This document shows, piece after piece, positions 35,973 through 49,939 of a DNA stretch of 64,000 bases. The notes below the pieces were generated by a model that was given only the letters and a program-made list of their open reading frames with translations, made no database searches and was not told the DNA's origin. Position 1 is the first letter of the stretch, and the number at the start of each line of letters is the position of its first letter. Source of the stretch: Selaginella moellendorffii. Taxonomy: Eukaryota > Plantae > Lycopodiophyta. The translations under genes and the position numbers were made by a program. The stretch lies in assembly GCF_000143415.4 (NCBI RefSeq), contig NW_003314263.1, positions 4,028,519 through 4,092,518 on the forward strand. Direction: 5' to 3'.

Positions 35973-38900
35973 TATAAGCGACTAATTTTTCCATTCTACT
36001 TTAGTCACTTAACCACACCTTCGACCGCTTGGAGGAATCTCATTCACAACCTCCTTAAGTCCAATTCAGGACTTGGGGCTTGCTAGCCCAAGAATGGCAT
36101 CCATGCCACTCATCGCTTGCACTTAGTCCAAGTGCTCCACGTGTCCGGTCCCAAGACCAACACCCAAAGGCACCACTGACATATCGGCCCGTTACACTAA
36201 GGCCATGCCCATTCACCTTTGCCGCACTAGTGGTCCAATACCACTTGCATCACAATCCCGTCTCTCCAAGACTGGGCCATCTGTCCACGAGTGGTCAACC
36301 CAGATCCACTCTTTAGCATCCTTAGGATGCCCACAGACATGGGGGATAGCCTTCCCCAATATCCCTTTGTCAGTTCCTATCAAATCCCTTTTCTGTCCAT
36401 GGCCATGTTCGCCAACACTGCCACTCGATCAAGGCCCACAGGCCCGACCACTAAGTCCCACGGTCCTCTGGGACTTCCTCACCACACGACTGTGTCCTTG
36501 GTCACTACCCCAGAGGACTGCTCCTCTTCCTTTCCACAGTCTGGGCCTTTGGGACAACATTTCGGAACACTGTGGCCTTACGCGAACCACCTAGGTACTC
36601 TCCCCACCTTTTGCCTTTAGGTGCTCTAGCCATGGGCTTAGAGCAAGGTCCTGTTGAGCCACGCTTGGTATCCAAGTAGGTAGTGCCACCCACACTTGGA
36701 CTGGGAGCATCGGCCAGTCGATCTCCCAGGGGAACTAGAGCCGGCTCTTGAACACTTCACCAAGCTACCCCGCTTGTCGGTCCGTATTCACTCTAGTCTT
36801 GGACTTCCCAGTGGTCAGTTCATCACCCAACACTGGGTCTGGCCTTCCTGGGCCAAATTGGCCTTTCCTGGCCAAACTGGCTCCACTGCAGTCCTCCCCC
36901 TTACTATACTTTTGGAGCTCACCAAACCCCCCAGGGTCTGGGAGACGAATGCTTTGGGCTTTCACCCTCTCAGACTCGGACTCGGGCTCGGACTCGGACT
37001 CGGACTCGGACTCGGACTCGGACTCGGGCTCGGGCTCGGTCTCGCCTTGGCCTCGGTCTCGGTCTCGGCCCCGGTCTCGGTCGCGGTCTCGGTCCCGGTC
37101 TCGGTCTCGACCTCGGACTCCATCTCGGGTCCTTCTCGGACTCCATCTCGGACTCCATCTCGGACTCCGCCTCGGTCCATCTCGAACTCCATCTCGGACT
37201 CCATCTCGGACTCCATCTCGGACTCCATCTCGGACTCCGTCTCGGTCCACCTCGAACTCCATCTCAGACTCCATCTCGGATCCATCTCGGACTCCATCTC
37301 GGACTCCACTTCGGGTCCATCTTGGACTCCGTCTCGGTCCACCTCGGACTCCACTTCGGGTCCATCTCGGACTCCATATCGGACTCCATCTCGGACTCCA
37401 CTTCAGACTCCACTTCGGACTCCACTTCGGGTCCATCTCGGACTACAACTAGGGTCCGTCTCGGACTCCATCTCGGACACTTCCATGTGTCATGTGTTGG
37501 TCCTTTTTGGGTCCCTTTTTGGAGCCTTGCTTATTGCTCGCTTCGTGCTCGCTCCTTGAGAACTTTGTTGGGAGTTCCACTCCCGACCTTCCAAGTCAGA
37601 GCTTTTAGTCCAAATGTGTTACACTCGTTTGGGCTTTTGCTTCGGCCACTACCACGTGGCACCCTTTTCGGCTCCACTTTGGGGCCTAGGGATTTTGTGT
37701 CTCACAACTCCACCACCCATAAACGAAGTTCGATGTCCTCATCGAATGGTAAACCATTTTATAAAGTAACACCCGCATGTGTTACCATTTCCATCCTTGG
37801 CACCTAGCCAATATTTGTCAATGGTTTGACATTAAAGGCTCACCATGCCTTCTCCATATTCGTTAATGGTTTGACACCAAAGGCTCACCATGCTTTGCCC
37901 ATCCTCTAAGGAGGATAGTCTCTCTAACTTAGAGACTCACTTGACCACCTGGGGTGGGTTGCTCCTTTTTATTGGTTCAGTTCTTGCTAAACCCGTTAGA
38001 GACACCCTCTCTAACTCAATTCCACTACTCATTCTTGAGTAGTCACAGATTCCATTGATCTACCTTTGCACTTTGGAACGTTTACCTTTGACTTCTTGAA
38101 GTCAATTTCCTAGGTGTCTCCGACACTTTGCCTTGCACATTTTGTGCAACTCCACTTCCCCTCCTAGGAAGTTCTCTACTCGAGGGCACCCTCATCCTCT
38201 TTTCTATTTTTGTGCCACTATTGGCATTACGTTCCATTTATCATTATTTGTGCTAGGGCTGTCCACGGCCCTATCTTTTGGCTCCTTAGTTGCTCCCTCA
38301 CTTGGAGCCTTTCCCTTGCCAAATTGGAGCACTTGGGAATCCATCTTTGGAAGTCCACTTCTTTTTCCGCAATCCGTTAGCATCAAACACATTAGTGTTC
38401 CTTGGTTAATTTTGCCACTTGGATTCTTTCCAATGGATTCCATGGCCCTATCTTGGGCACTCGTCTTTTGCTCCTATCTTTGGATTGTTGCACCAAGTAA
38501 CATAGGATCCTTACCTCCCTCTTAGAGGTATTCTTTTGGTTCCATAGCAAAGGATTTGCTTTGCCTAGACTAGGGTGTTCACCCCTAGTAAGTCTCTTCA
38601 ACTATTTTAGGCTCTCTTCCTAGCCCAACCTTGTGACCCACCTATGGGCCTGTCTCTGGAGACTATTTTCTTGAACTCATAATACCATTGTATTGTAATA
38701 GTTCATTTCCCTTAGGTGTTCTTCCCACTTAGTCACCTTGACCAAGCCACACCTTTATCAATAGTTCAAATCAACACTTTGAACTATGAATCATATTCCT
38801 TAACCCAAACAAAGACCTTGTCCTTGTTTAGCCATAAGATCACCTAGTGATCTCATCTTGACCCCTTAATAGGTCTACCAATAGGAATTAAGTCTTCCAG

Positions 38901-41900
38901 ACCTTACTAAGTTGTTGAATATGACCCCGGGGGCATCCCCCACACTTGGCGGTGCACCCAAGCTAGCCCTTCCAGCCAAGGATCCATAGCAACTGAGACT
39001 GGGTATCCCCATCTCATTCACCACGTCCTTGGTGCCTTTTGCACCAAAGTGTTCAAGTTAGATATGCCGAGCTTTCACTCTGAGCAATCTAACGGTGCAT
39101 CACGACTCCGGGGCATCCCCCACTTGGCAGTGTGCCCAAGCCAATCTCCTCATTGAGAGTCCATGACCACCGAAATATGAGTGTCCTCATATTCCAAACC
39201 ATCACCACGCCTTAGCGATTTGGGACTCGAACCCAAGCACTAGAGGGTCGGGACTCGAACCCAACCTCCGTATATACATCTACGGACGGCATCACCTAGG
39301 ATGCCTGGCGTGACTCCCCACGCCGGTGCACCAACTTATACTCAAAGCGCGCTATAGATCACAGCTTAGGAACCTAGTTCCTCCACACTGCCAAGTCTTC
39401 TCACTTGACAAGTCTGTGATCATACATGGACTCTTCCATGCTTGGCCCCATGGCCCACCCCTTTTGAAGTTATCACCTTCAACTAAAGTATTTGTTCCCC
39501 TGACTTGCCAATCTCACTTGGCAAGTCTTCCGACCTCTGTAGCATGGTTCTTGCACAAGCGTGAAAGCCCTTGATCGACTTTCGTTCAAAGCCCTCTCTT
39601 TGAACACTCGGGAACTACTTCCCTAACCTTGATAGCCTTGCCTCATGGCAAGCTTCAAGACCACGCTTCTGCTGCACCACTCTGATTTCGCACATTCCTT
39701 GAACCATTTACGCTTGGCCTTTCTAGGTACTAAGCTACCTAGAATCATCTTTGAGAACCTTGAAGGAACTCTATCCCTTAGCTTGCTAAGGCCTCCCTTT
39801 TTGCAAGCTTTCCAATTACCATATAGTCTAACATAGACAATTCCATATTTTAGACTCTCCATGGCATCACGGTTGCTAGTGAAAACACCCTCGAGCCCCC
39901 ACTTGATCCTCCACTCCCAGCTGGCATAACCAACCTTGGTTATGCCCTTCGATTCCTATGGTTCAGTTCTACCCCCTTACTTCTTGCTTTTTGCTTCACA
40001 CCTTTCCTTCGGTCATTCTCTTCCAGACCAAGAGGATAGCTTTGCACTTTCTATCATACCTTAGCAAGTATTCTTAGGGATGAACCTACCCGATAGCCTA
40101 GGGAGTGGTTCCTCAATCCAGGTATGCTCATCCTATAATCCCACACACCGAGATTACGTTGTTGCTTATGGGCCTTTACATGCCCATTGCTAGCCTTGCC
40201 AAAATTCCATTTTTGGATTTGTCCAATTCGAGTAGACAGTCTTCTTCTGTCTCCGCCATCTTGGACATTTGGATAGCACCTTCTATCCATCATTTGCTAA
40301 AGGCTTAGTCCCTTGGGCCTCATCTATTGCCCTTGCGACATCAAACACCACCTCCTGGTGTTCTAGAGTGTTCGGGTGTCCCAATGACGGCTTCCTTGAC
40401 AATGAGTATTTCCTTTTATGACATTGACTTACTATATCGCAACATAAACAACTTATCCCCCGTAAGGGTATATCCAACTTCCCTATGCCATTAAGAAGGC
40501 TTGGGTAGCTACCTTCTACCTGTTTAACCAATTATTTTGCACCTCTTGCTTAATTGCCTCATAGTTGTCAAGTCCTACAACTCATTGCTGGTGCTTCCAC
40601 ACCTCCATCATTATCTGGGTCACCACACTCCAACTGCATGCTCTGCAGCTTAGGCTATGCCATTCCCATTTCCATTGGGATTCCTTTGGCAAGGGGTTCT
40701 CATGAATGTGAGACACAAAATCCCTAGGCCCCAAAGTGGAGCCGGAAGGGTGCCACATGGTAGTGGCCGAAGCGAGAGCCAAACGAGCGTAACACGTTTG
40801 GACCAAAAGCTCCGACTTGAAAAGTCAAGAGCGGGAGTGGAACTCCCAACGAAGTGCTCGAGGAACGAGCACAAAGCGAGCAAAAGGTGAGGCTCCAAAA
40901 AGGGACCCAAAAGGACCAACACATGACACGTGGGAGTGTCCGAGATGGACTCTAGTTGGAGTCCGAAATGGAGTCCGAGATGGACCCGAGATGGAGTCCG
41001 AGTTGGAGTCCGAAGTGGAGTCCGAGATGGACCCGAGATGGAGTCCGAGATGGAGTCTGAGATGGAGTCCGAGGTGGACCCGAGATGGACCCGAGTTGGA
41101 GTCCGAAGTGGAGTCCGAGATGGACCTGAGATGGAGTCCGAGATGGAGTCCGAGATGGAGTCCGAGGTGGACCCGAGATGGACCCGAGTTGGAGTCCGAA
41201 GTGGAGTCCGAGATGGACCCGAGATGGAGTCCGAGATGGAGTCCGAGATGGAGTCCGAGATGGAGTCCGAAGTCGAGACCGAGACCGGGACCGAGACCGG
41301 GACCGAGACCGAGACTAAGACCGAGATTGGGACCGAGACCGAGACCGAGGCCGAGGCCGAGACCGAGCCCGAGCCCGAGTCCAAGTCCGAGTTCGAGTCC
41401 GAGTCCGGAGCCTGAGAGGGTGAAAGCCCAAAGCGTTCGTCTCCCAGTCCCTGGGGGGTTTGGTGAGCTCCAAAAGTATAGTAGGGGGAGGACTGCAATG
41501 GAGCCAGTTTGGCCAGGAAAGGCCAGTTTGGCCCAGGAAGGCCGGACCCAGTGTTGGGTGATGAGATGCCCACTGGGAAGTCCAAGACTAGAGTGAACAC
41601 GGACCGACAAGCGGGGTAGCTTGGTGAAGTGTTCAAGAGCCGGCTCTAGTTCCCCCGGGAGATTGACTGGCCGATGCTCCCAGTCCAAGTGTGGGTGGCA
41701 CTACCTACTTGGATACCTGGTGTGGCTCAATGGAACCCGCTCTAAGCCCATGGCTAGAGCACCCAAGGGCAGAAGGCGAGGAGAGTACCCAGGTGGGTCG
41801 CGTAAGGCCACTGTGTTCCGAAATGTTGTCCCAAAGGCCCAGACTGTGGAAAGGAAGAGGAGCAGTCCTCTGGGGTAGTGACCAAGGACTCAGTCATGTG

Positions 41901-44900
41901 GTGAGGAAGTCCCAGAGGACCGTAGGACTTAGTGGTCGGGCCTGTGGGTCTTGATCCAGTGGCAGTGTTGGCAAACACGGCCAGGGGCAGAAAGTGACTT
42001 AGTGGGGACTGACAGAGGGATATTGGGGAAGGCTATTCCCCTTGTCGGTGGGCATCCTAAGGATGCTAAGGAGTGGATCTGAGATGACCACTCACGGATG
42101 GTTTGCCTAGTCTTGGAGGGCCAAGACGGAGATGCAAGTGGTGTTGGACCACCAGTGTGACCAAGGTAAATGGGCATGGCCTTAGCGTAACGGGCCGGTA
42201 CGTCGGTGATACCTTGGGGTGTCGATCATGGGATCGGACACGTGGAGCACTTGGACCAAGTGCTATGGTTGAGTGGCATGGATGCCATTCTCGGGGCTAG
42301 CAAGCCCCAAGTCCTGAGTTGGACTTATGGAGGTTGTCAATGAGACTCCTCCAAGTGGTCAGACGTGTGGTTAAGTGACTAAAGTAAAATGGAAAATTTA
42401 GTCGCTTACAATGAACCCATCAACATAGCCTCAAGGTATCACACCTTGGCACATTTGGTGTCTCTACACCATCGGCTCCACAAGCCTACCTCTATGACAC
42501 TTCTTCTTTGTGTCTAAGTCTTTGCCAAGACCAATACCACTCTTTCTCGTGCCAACCATCTGTTAGCACTGCACCATAGAAGTCACACACAACTTTGTTT
42601 CAAAGTTGTTTTCTTTTGGGAACACCCTTCCCACGACTTTAGCATGGCACATTTTGCCATCGATGAGATACCCTCTGTTCTCATCTTTGGATCCTATGAT
42701 CCCCCCCATCCTTCGTGGGGTACCACACACTTCAGTCCAAATGCTTCCATCAGTCCTTTAGGACCATTCCTTGACTCTACTTGAGTCATCTAGCAGTTTT
42801 GGACTTGATTAATCCACAGACCTATAAGGTCCTGCTTGTCGGGCACTAGCTCACTAGAATACACTTCTTGCATTCATGTCCTCACTCACAAGGACTATTT
42901 TCACAAGTGTTACTCTGACACTTGATTTTGTTCTCTGGGGCAACCTTTGCCCCTTAGGACTACTTGTCCATGTGATGAGAATACCAATTCATCTCTAAGT
43001 ACACCCCCTAACTCCTTGGGTTGTTCCAGCATTTATTAAAGGTAGCCCTGGCTACCATTTCAAGGACTAGAGTCCTCTTCCGTATTTGACCTCCCACGGT
43101 CATTACTTCTGGTCTCACATTCATGAGCACCAACCTCAACTATATGAAGATAATCTTGTGACTCCTTTATTGCTTTGGAGTCTTTATCTTTCCCGTGATC
43201 CCAACTATAGTTGTTTACCACAACTACCTTAGCCAGTTTGCTAAGTCAAACGCTCATCTAGATCACATCCTCAACTCTCTGAGGAAAACCATATACTATT
43301 CCCAAGATCCCAAAGTCGTTCCCTTACTGGCCCCTTTTCTATCCACCACCTCGTGCCCAAGTTCATGCATGAACTTGAGTGGAGAGCCATGTCCTCTCAA
43401 CGTGCTACTCCTCAAGGATAGGCCCACTCCTAGGACCTTCCGATGCCAATATCAATGGTGATATACTTGAGCACCAATAAAAGTCAGACTAAGGAACAGC
43501 TCCGATACCAAGTTGTAGGCGACTAATTTTTCCATTCTACTTTAGTCACTTAACCACACCTTCGACCGCTTGGAGGAGTCTCATTCACAACCTCCTTAAG
43601 TCCAATTCAGGACTTGGGGCTTGCTAGCCCAAGAATGGCATCCATGCCACTCATCGCTTGCACTTAGTCCAAGTGCTCCATGTGTCCGGTCCCAAGACCG
43701 ACACCCAAAGGCACCACTGACATATCGGCCCGTTACGCTAAGGCCATGCCCATTCACCTTTGCCGCACTAGTGGTCCAATACCACTTGCATCACAATCCC
43801 ATCTCTCCAAGACTGGGCCATCTGTCCACGAGTGGTCAACCCAGATCCACTCTTTAGCATCCTTAGGATGCCCACAGACATGGGGGATAGCCTTCCCCAA
43901 TATCCCTTTGTTAGTTCCTATCAAGTCCCTTTTCTGTCCATGGCCATGTTCGCCAACACTGCCACTCGATCAAGGCCCACAGGCCTGACCACTAAGTCCC
44001 ACAGTCCTCTGGGACTTCCTCACCACACGACTGTGTCCTTGGCTACTACCCCAGAGGACTTCTCCTCTTCCTTTCCACAGTCTGGGCCTTTGGGACAACA
44101 TTTCGGAACACCGTGGCCTTAAGCGAACCACCTGAGTACTCTCCCCACCTTTCGCCTTTAGGTGCTCTAGCCATGGGCTTAGAGCGAGGTCCCGTTGAGC
44201 CACGCCTAGCATCCAAGTAGGTAGTGCCACCCACACTTGGACTGGGAGCATTGGCCAGTCAATCTTCTGGGGGAACTAGAGCCGGCTCTTGAACACTTCA
44301 CCAAGCTACCCCGCTTGTCGGTCCGTATTCACTCTAGTCTTGGACTTCCCAGTGGTCAGTTCATCACCCAACACTGGGTCTGGCTTTCTTGGGCCAAACT
44401 GGCCTTTCCTGGCCAAACTGGCTCCACTGCAATCCTCCCCCTTACTATACTTTTGGAGCTCACCAAACCCCCCAGGGTCTGGGAGACGAACGCTTTGGGC
44501 TTTCACCCTCTCAGACTCGGACTCGGGCTCGGACTCGGACTCGGACTCGGACTCGGACTCGGACTCGGACTCGGACTAGGTCTCGCCTTGGCCTCGGTCT
44601 TGGTCTCGGCCCCGGTCTCAGTCGCAGTCTCGGTCCCGGTCTCAGTCTCGACCTCGGACTCCATCTCGGGTCCTTCTCGGACTCCATCTCGGACTCCGTC
44701 TCGGTCCATCTCGGACTCCATCTCGGGTCCATATCGGACTCCGTCTCGGTCCACCTCGGACTCCATCTCGGACTCCATCTCAGGTCCATCTCGGACTCCG
44801 TCTCGGTCCACCTCGGACTCCATCTCGGACTCCACCTCGGGTCCATCTCGGACTCCGTCTCGGTCCACCTCGGACTCCACTTTGGGTCCATCTTGGACTC

Positions 44901-45238
44901 CATATCGGACTCCATCTCGGACTCCACTTCGGACTCCACTTCGGACTTCACTTCGGGTCCATCTCGGACTCCAACTAGGGTCCGTCTCGGACTCCATCTC
45001 GGACACTTCCACATGTCATGTGTTGGTCCTTTTTGGGTCCCTTTTTGGAGCCTTGCTTATTGCTCGCTTCATGCTCGCTCCTTGAGCACTTTGTTGGGAG
45101 TTCCACTCCCGCTCTCGACCTTCCAAGTCAGAGCTTTTAGTCCAAACGTGTTACACTCGTTTGGGCTTTTGCTTCGGCCACTACCACATGGCAACCTTTC
45201 CGGCTCCACTTTGGGGCCTAGGGATTTTGTGTCTCACA
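35973..45238 (-). mobile_element. Non-autonomous LTR element B (same family as A)
   Basis: LTRs at 35973-37706 and 43514-45238. TSD CTAGT at 35968-35972 and 45239-45243. PBS at 43499-43510. Interior colinear with element A. Confidence 0.93.
40707..42410 (+). mobile_element. Family-A solo LTR nested in element B in opposite orientation
   Basis: TGTGAGAC...GCTTACA with TSD ATGAA at 40702-40706 and 42411-42415. The empty site is visible in element A near 15455. Confidence 0.93.
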
Positions 45239-46825
45239 CTAGTATTCCACGTGAACTTACTCAAGCCGTACTTTGAGGATCTGCTTTGCAAGCACCAAGT
45301 AAAACCTTTACTTGTGGTTATCCAAGGGGAAAAGGAATACGAAGTCGAGGCCATCCTCAATGCAAGCAAGAGCAAGCAACAAGGATGCAAGGTGAGAGAG
45401 TTCCATGTGAAGTGGAAAGGATTTCCACACTGCAAAGCAATATGGGAACCGGAGGAGAACCTAGCCAATGCACGAGATTTAGTGGAGGAATTTTGCAAGG
45501 CAGAACTCTATGTACTTAAGCAAAATTCAATTAAAGTATCAAATTGTGAAGTTAAGCAATGGCATATATTGGGACCTGAAAGCACACCGAAGGTAAGCTA
45601 ATTAGCATGGGTTAGATAAGTCGACTAGGTGTAGGGAACTATGCCCGACTCCCTGCGGGGATGTCAAATCCGTAAACGTATTCTACAAAGGTTGGGTTCG
45701 AGCCCCAACCCCCTAGTAAAGCAAGGCTGGGTTCAAGTCCCGACCCCATACTAGGGCGTGGTGAGGTGAGGGGTATAAGAACACCTATATTCCGTTGTCA
45801 TGGGCTCTTGGTTGGGGAAGCTAACTTAAGCACACCATTAAGTGGGGGGATGCCCTTGGAGACATGGGCAACAAGTCATAGGATTAAAAAGAGATGTTTG
45901 ATGTGGGCATCGAACTTCTTCTATGGGTGGTGGAGTTGTAAGGAACCAACTCCCCGAGGTGTCGTAGGCTAAAGGATCCCTGAAAGCATGACCAAAATGA
46001 TAAAGAGTTCATCGGATGGGATCGAGTCTAAGATCGAGTCCAAGACCAACTCTGAGACCGAGTTCGAGATAGAGTCTGGGATCGAGTCCGAGGTCGACTT
46101 TGAGGCCGAGTTCGAGACCGAGTTCGAGACTGAGTGTGAGACAGAGTCCGAGATCTGAGATCGGGTCTAAGACCAAGTCCGAGGTCGAGTCCGAAGTCAA
46201 GTCTGAGATCGGGTCTGAGGTCGAGTTTGAGACCAAGTCCGAAGTCGGGTCCAAGATCATGTCCGAGATCGAGTCCGAGACCGAATCCAAGTACTAATAC
46301 AGGTCAAGGGGTGAAAGCCCAAAGCATGTGTCTCCCAAGGGGGGGAGGGGGGGCCTGCAGGGGGTTCCAAAAGTATAGTAGGGATAGTGAAGTGTAGGAA
46401 CTAGTCTTGAAGAAACTCTCTAGTGGTACTTCCAAATTGACTTGAGGTTGAGATTGAGACCAAGGGGCCTTGGGTGTGAGTGAGCATGGACTTGAGGGGT
46501 GTTGGAGGGGCCACCCAAGGAAGTGCTCAAGAGCAGCTCCCACTCTCGGAAGGGAAACCAATTGTAATGCTCCCAACTCATGTGGAGTGGTGCCCCACTT
46601 GAGTACCTTGTGGCTCATTGGTCCCCACCCTTCCTAGGGGCTTGAGCCTTCCCTTCGAGATGGAAGTGGAGGGGTAAAGGTACCCATACCGGGCCGCTAG
46701 GCCACAGTGTTTCGCCCTAGCGTCCCGAAGCAAGTGTTGCACCGAAGGCTTGGGATTTAGAGGGTCCCATAATCAAGTCTTGTTGTACCAAGGGATGTTA
46801 GGAACCTTGAGGCTTGGTGTGCTTT

Positions 46826-46971
46826 AGGCCTTGGATATGTCGGGCCCCGGATATGTCGGGCACCTGACATATCTGACCCCAGATATATCGGGCCTCAGAT
46901 ATGTCCGGCCCCGGATATGTTGAGCACCCAATATGTCAGGCCCTAAACATGTCTGGCCTTGGATATGTTGG
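46826..46971. repeat. ~16-bp tandem repeat (GGGCCCCGGATATGTC, ~9 degenerate copies) in the chromovirus LTR
   Basis: Seen directly. Confidence 0.8.
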
Positions 46972-47249
46972 CTGCTTGTGCCTATGGGGATTGTAGCCGA
47001 ACCTTTAAGTCCAGTCTAACCCGGGGACAGGGATTGGGAGAGATTTGGGAATCCATGTATGGATGGATAACGCTTTGTTGCTCGTGCAATGAGTAGCTGA
47101 AACCAAATAGGACTAAGTAAGAGTTGGTACAATAGGCGAGAACCTTGGTGAGGGAACTTAGCTAAAAGTTAAGGTAATGTTGGTCGGATAGATGAGATAA
47201 ACTAGCAAATTGAAAAGGAAATATTTGTGGCTTATACGTTATTAAACAT

Positions 47250-47541
47250 GTAAAATTAAAGTTACTATAATCACAAATAAGATATCCAAATACTTGTTGC
47301 AAGTAAGCTAGATAACAAGAACTAACTTTGGCAAATTATAGCATAGCGAGTTCACCATAAGCACACGACTATAATGATTTTGTTGGAAATTGTTAAAAGT
47401 TGTTGTAATGTTATTGTATCCTTCCTCTTCTGCCCCTACTTTAACAAGAAACTTTTTATCACATTTGTGATTTGCTTTTGGACCACAAAATCCAACAAAC
47501 ATATTTGTTTTTGCATCCAAATGTACTACTGTCTTGATGTG
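47250..47541 (-). pseudogene. Decayed transposase-like gene (possibly P-element/THAP9-related), split by LTR element C; upstream part from 58215 onward
   Basis: Removing element C joins IPVLMAADETHI to KTVVHLDAKTNMFVGFCG...YSRVLMVN in frame. The family call is from memory of motifs only. Confidence 0.4.
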
Positions 47542-49939
47542 TGTCGCGAATGTGACTTTGGGTATTGAAAGTTACCTATCGGCCAGTCCTTTTGGATATT
47601 CTTTCCTTACTACCACAGGAGGTCGGTATTGCTGGCAAGAGGTTGGTATTGCTGGACCCGTTATCAGTTTCCCACTTGAGCTAGTTGAGAACTGGTCAAT
47701 GACCGTGTACTTAGATCAGATAAACATAAGGTCGGAACCCTATGTGTTTCTTGCTGAGCATACTCGGCTTGGTTTGAGAAACTCCTGTCCTTGGCTTGCA
47801 CTTGCTAGTATCAAGAACCCCCTCGATATTGAGATTCGTCCCTCAATATCGCTAGATGATAGCTTACTGTGTCTACCAAACACCCTTGCTATCATGCCCT
47901 TTGTGTTAGTCTCATTTCGATCCCAAATGCTATTTATGGAAATTGTTCAGATTTGCTCATTTGGCATATCTATGGAATGTAGAGATCGGCCTGAACACAA
48001 TGGTGTTCGTCCCGTGTCCAAATTCGCAATCTAGCGCCATTCCATATTTAGTAAGTTTCGAGTTCCAAATGTATAGTAGGGGTAGTGGGTAGGTCGGGCA
48101 TGGCCGACCAACCTGACGCATAATCTAGCTCCCGCTTGCGTGCCTGTCCTTGTTCTACGTCCGGCTTGGGTCTAAGCCCAAGCTCCACACCATGCTAGCT
48201 AGTGGAGTACCCATATCCTCGCGTTAGGCCACCAATATACCGAAATAGCGCCAGACTCCGTTTTGCGTGTTGGTCCTGGCATTGGGATGCTGGTTACTTT
48301 AGGACTGTTCCAAGTCGCTCCGAGCTCCTGTCCCTTCGCTCCTTGGGCTGTATGCTCGGGAGTTGCTCCGTGGTCCGGTTCCATCACTCCTTGGCTCCAC
48401 GCTTGGGAGTCTGGCACCATTCCTTTGTTCAGTGGCCCGAGGCCCTAAACTTTGGGTTCCACACCACGTTCCTTGGACACGTGGCATGTGACATGTGGCA
48501 TCTGTCACGTGGCACAAAGATGGTTTAGGTTCTGCTTCGTGGTGTTATCCTGTAAATCACCATAGGATAAAGGGTAAAAACCACGTGCGCTACACTTGGT
48601 ATCAGAGGATGAGTCTCAGCGAGTACTATTCAATGAGATTGGGCAACTAGTCTCATTGCATATGCAGAGATGAAAACGATGGTCCAAGTGGGTACATATT
48701 TGGGTGCAAAGGCTTCACAATCGTTCCTTAGGTATAGATTTGGTTACCTTCTTGTACCGTAATTATGTGAGCTTGCTCTTGTGCTCATAAGAAAGATTGA
48801 GTTGTTCTAATAGCACAAGTTTGCGCTTGGGCTCGTGAGTGAGGCGCATTAGCAATTCAAGGTTGCACTTTGAGTTGGCAGAATTAATGTTAGCCTATCA
48901 ATGGTTCCATGAGTTGTTCTTTGTACCATGGGTGAAAGCAAACCTCCCTAGGTTTGCTATGAGTGGCAAATAGGCTGGTCCATAGCTGTTTAGCATGGCA
49001 CTAGTGAATTCTTCGTAGGCATGATTACAAGTGGATCAATCAAGACTATAGGGATTAGTCTATTGGTTCAAGTAATCATTGTCGTGCTCTCTCATAAACT
49101 TTTCTTGGATTGGACTGAACGCAGTGTGAAAGCAAGCTTGAGGTTTAGTCAAAGATGAGACCGAAAAGAGAGTCGTTAAGGACGAAGGATCAAACACGTA
49201 AATCATTTTCTCTTCTCAGAGAGATGATTTGCAACGAGGTGCTAACTCATTGCTCGTGTTCACATCATGCAATCAAGAGTCCCTACCTTGATGCATGTTG
49301 GAAATGATAATCTTTCAAATAGTGAGTTGTGGGATGGATAGTGATGAAACGCTAAACCATTTTTGTCTAAGGTTGCTATTGAAGACTTGGGTTGCAATGC
49401 TCAATTCTTTTCCGGGGAATCCTGTTATTGCTCCTTGAGTAGCTTGGTGTTGGATTAGTTTTGAGTTTGGTCAAGTAGAGAGTGGCATGAGCTTGTCCAT
49501 GTTGTGAACAAAAGTTAGTGGTATTAGGTGTTGTAAATCTCTATCGGTGGGGTGTGTGTGGCATTTATGTTGCATTTTGTCAAATTTAGTTAACACTTGA
49601 TATTTACATAAACCTTTGAAGTAATGACATGGGCATTGCTCATAGTGTTGCTTGATTGATGATCAATTCATTGTGATACTTATATCATATCCATGTGATA
49701 ATAAGTAATGTGTTTACGAAGTTGCTTGGGTAAATGATGGTCAACCCTAAAGTGGTTGATAGTGAAGCTAATCTACTTGCACGAAGTAGCATTGTAGTAG
49801 CTTTGACTAAATTCTCGATGATGGTCCATTATGCTATATGTTGGTACTTTATTTCCTTGAGTTTGCCCATTAGGTGTTGGAAAAGGGTTATAGCATTCAC
49901 TTGGTATGACTTGTTGGTTGATCCATTAGCACTTGGAAT

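Larger units (their letters stand above)
33502..47236 (+). mobile_element. Decayed Ty3/gypsy chromovirus interrupted by element B; 3' LTR ~45937-47236
   Basis: Gag knuckle CYNCGEAGHFSRECP (~33602); protease LIDTGASDNF (~33821); RT ([19 protein letters not shown]); RNase H (ETDALD); HLVFHVNLLKPY split by element B; chromodomain EYEVEAIL...VKWKGF...WEPEENL (~45335-45495); PPT GGGTGGTGGAGT at 45925-45936. Confidence 0.88.
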
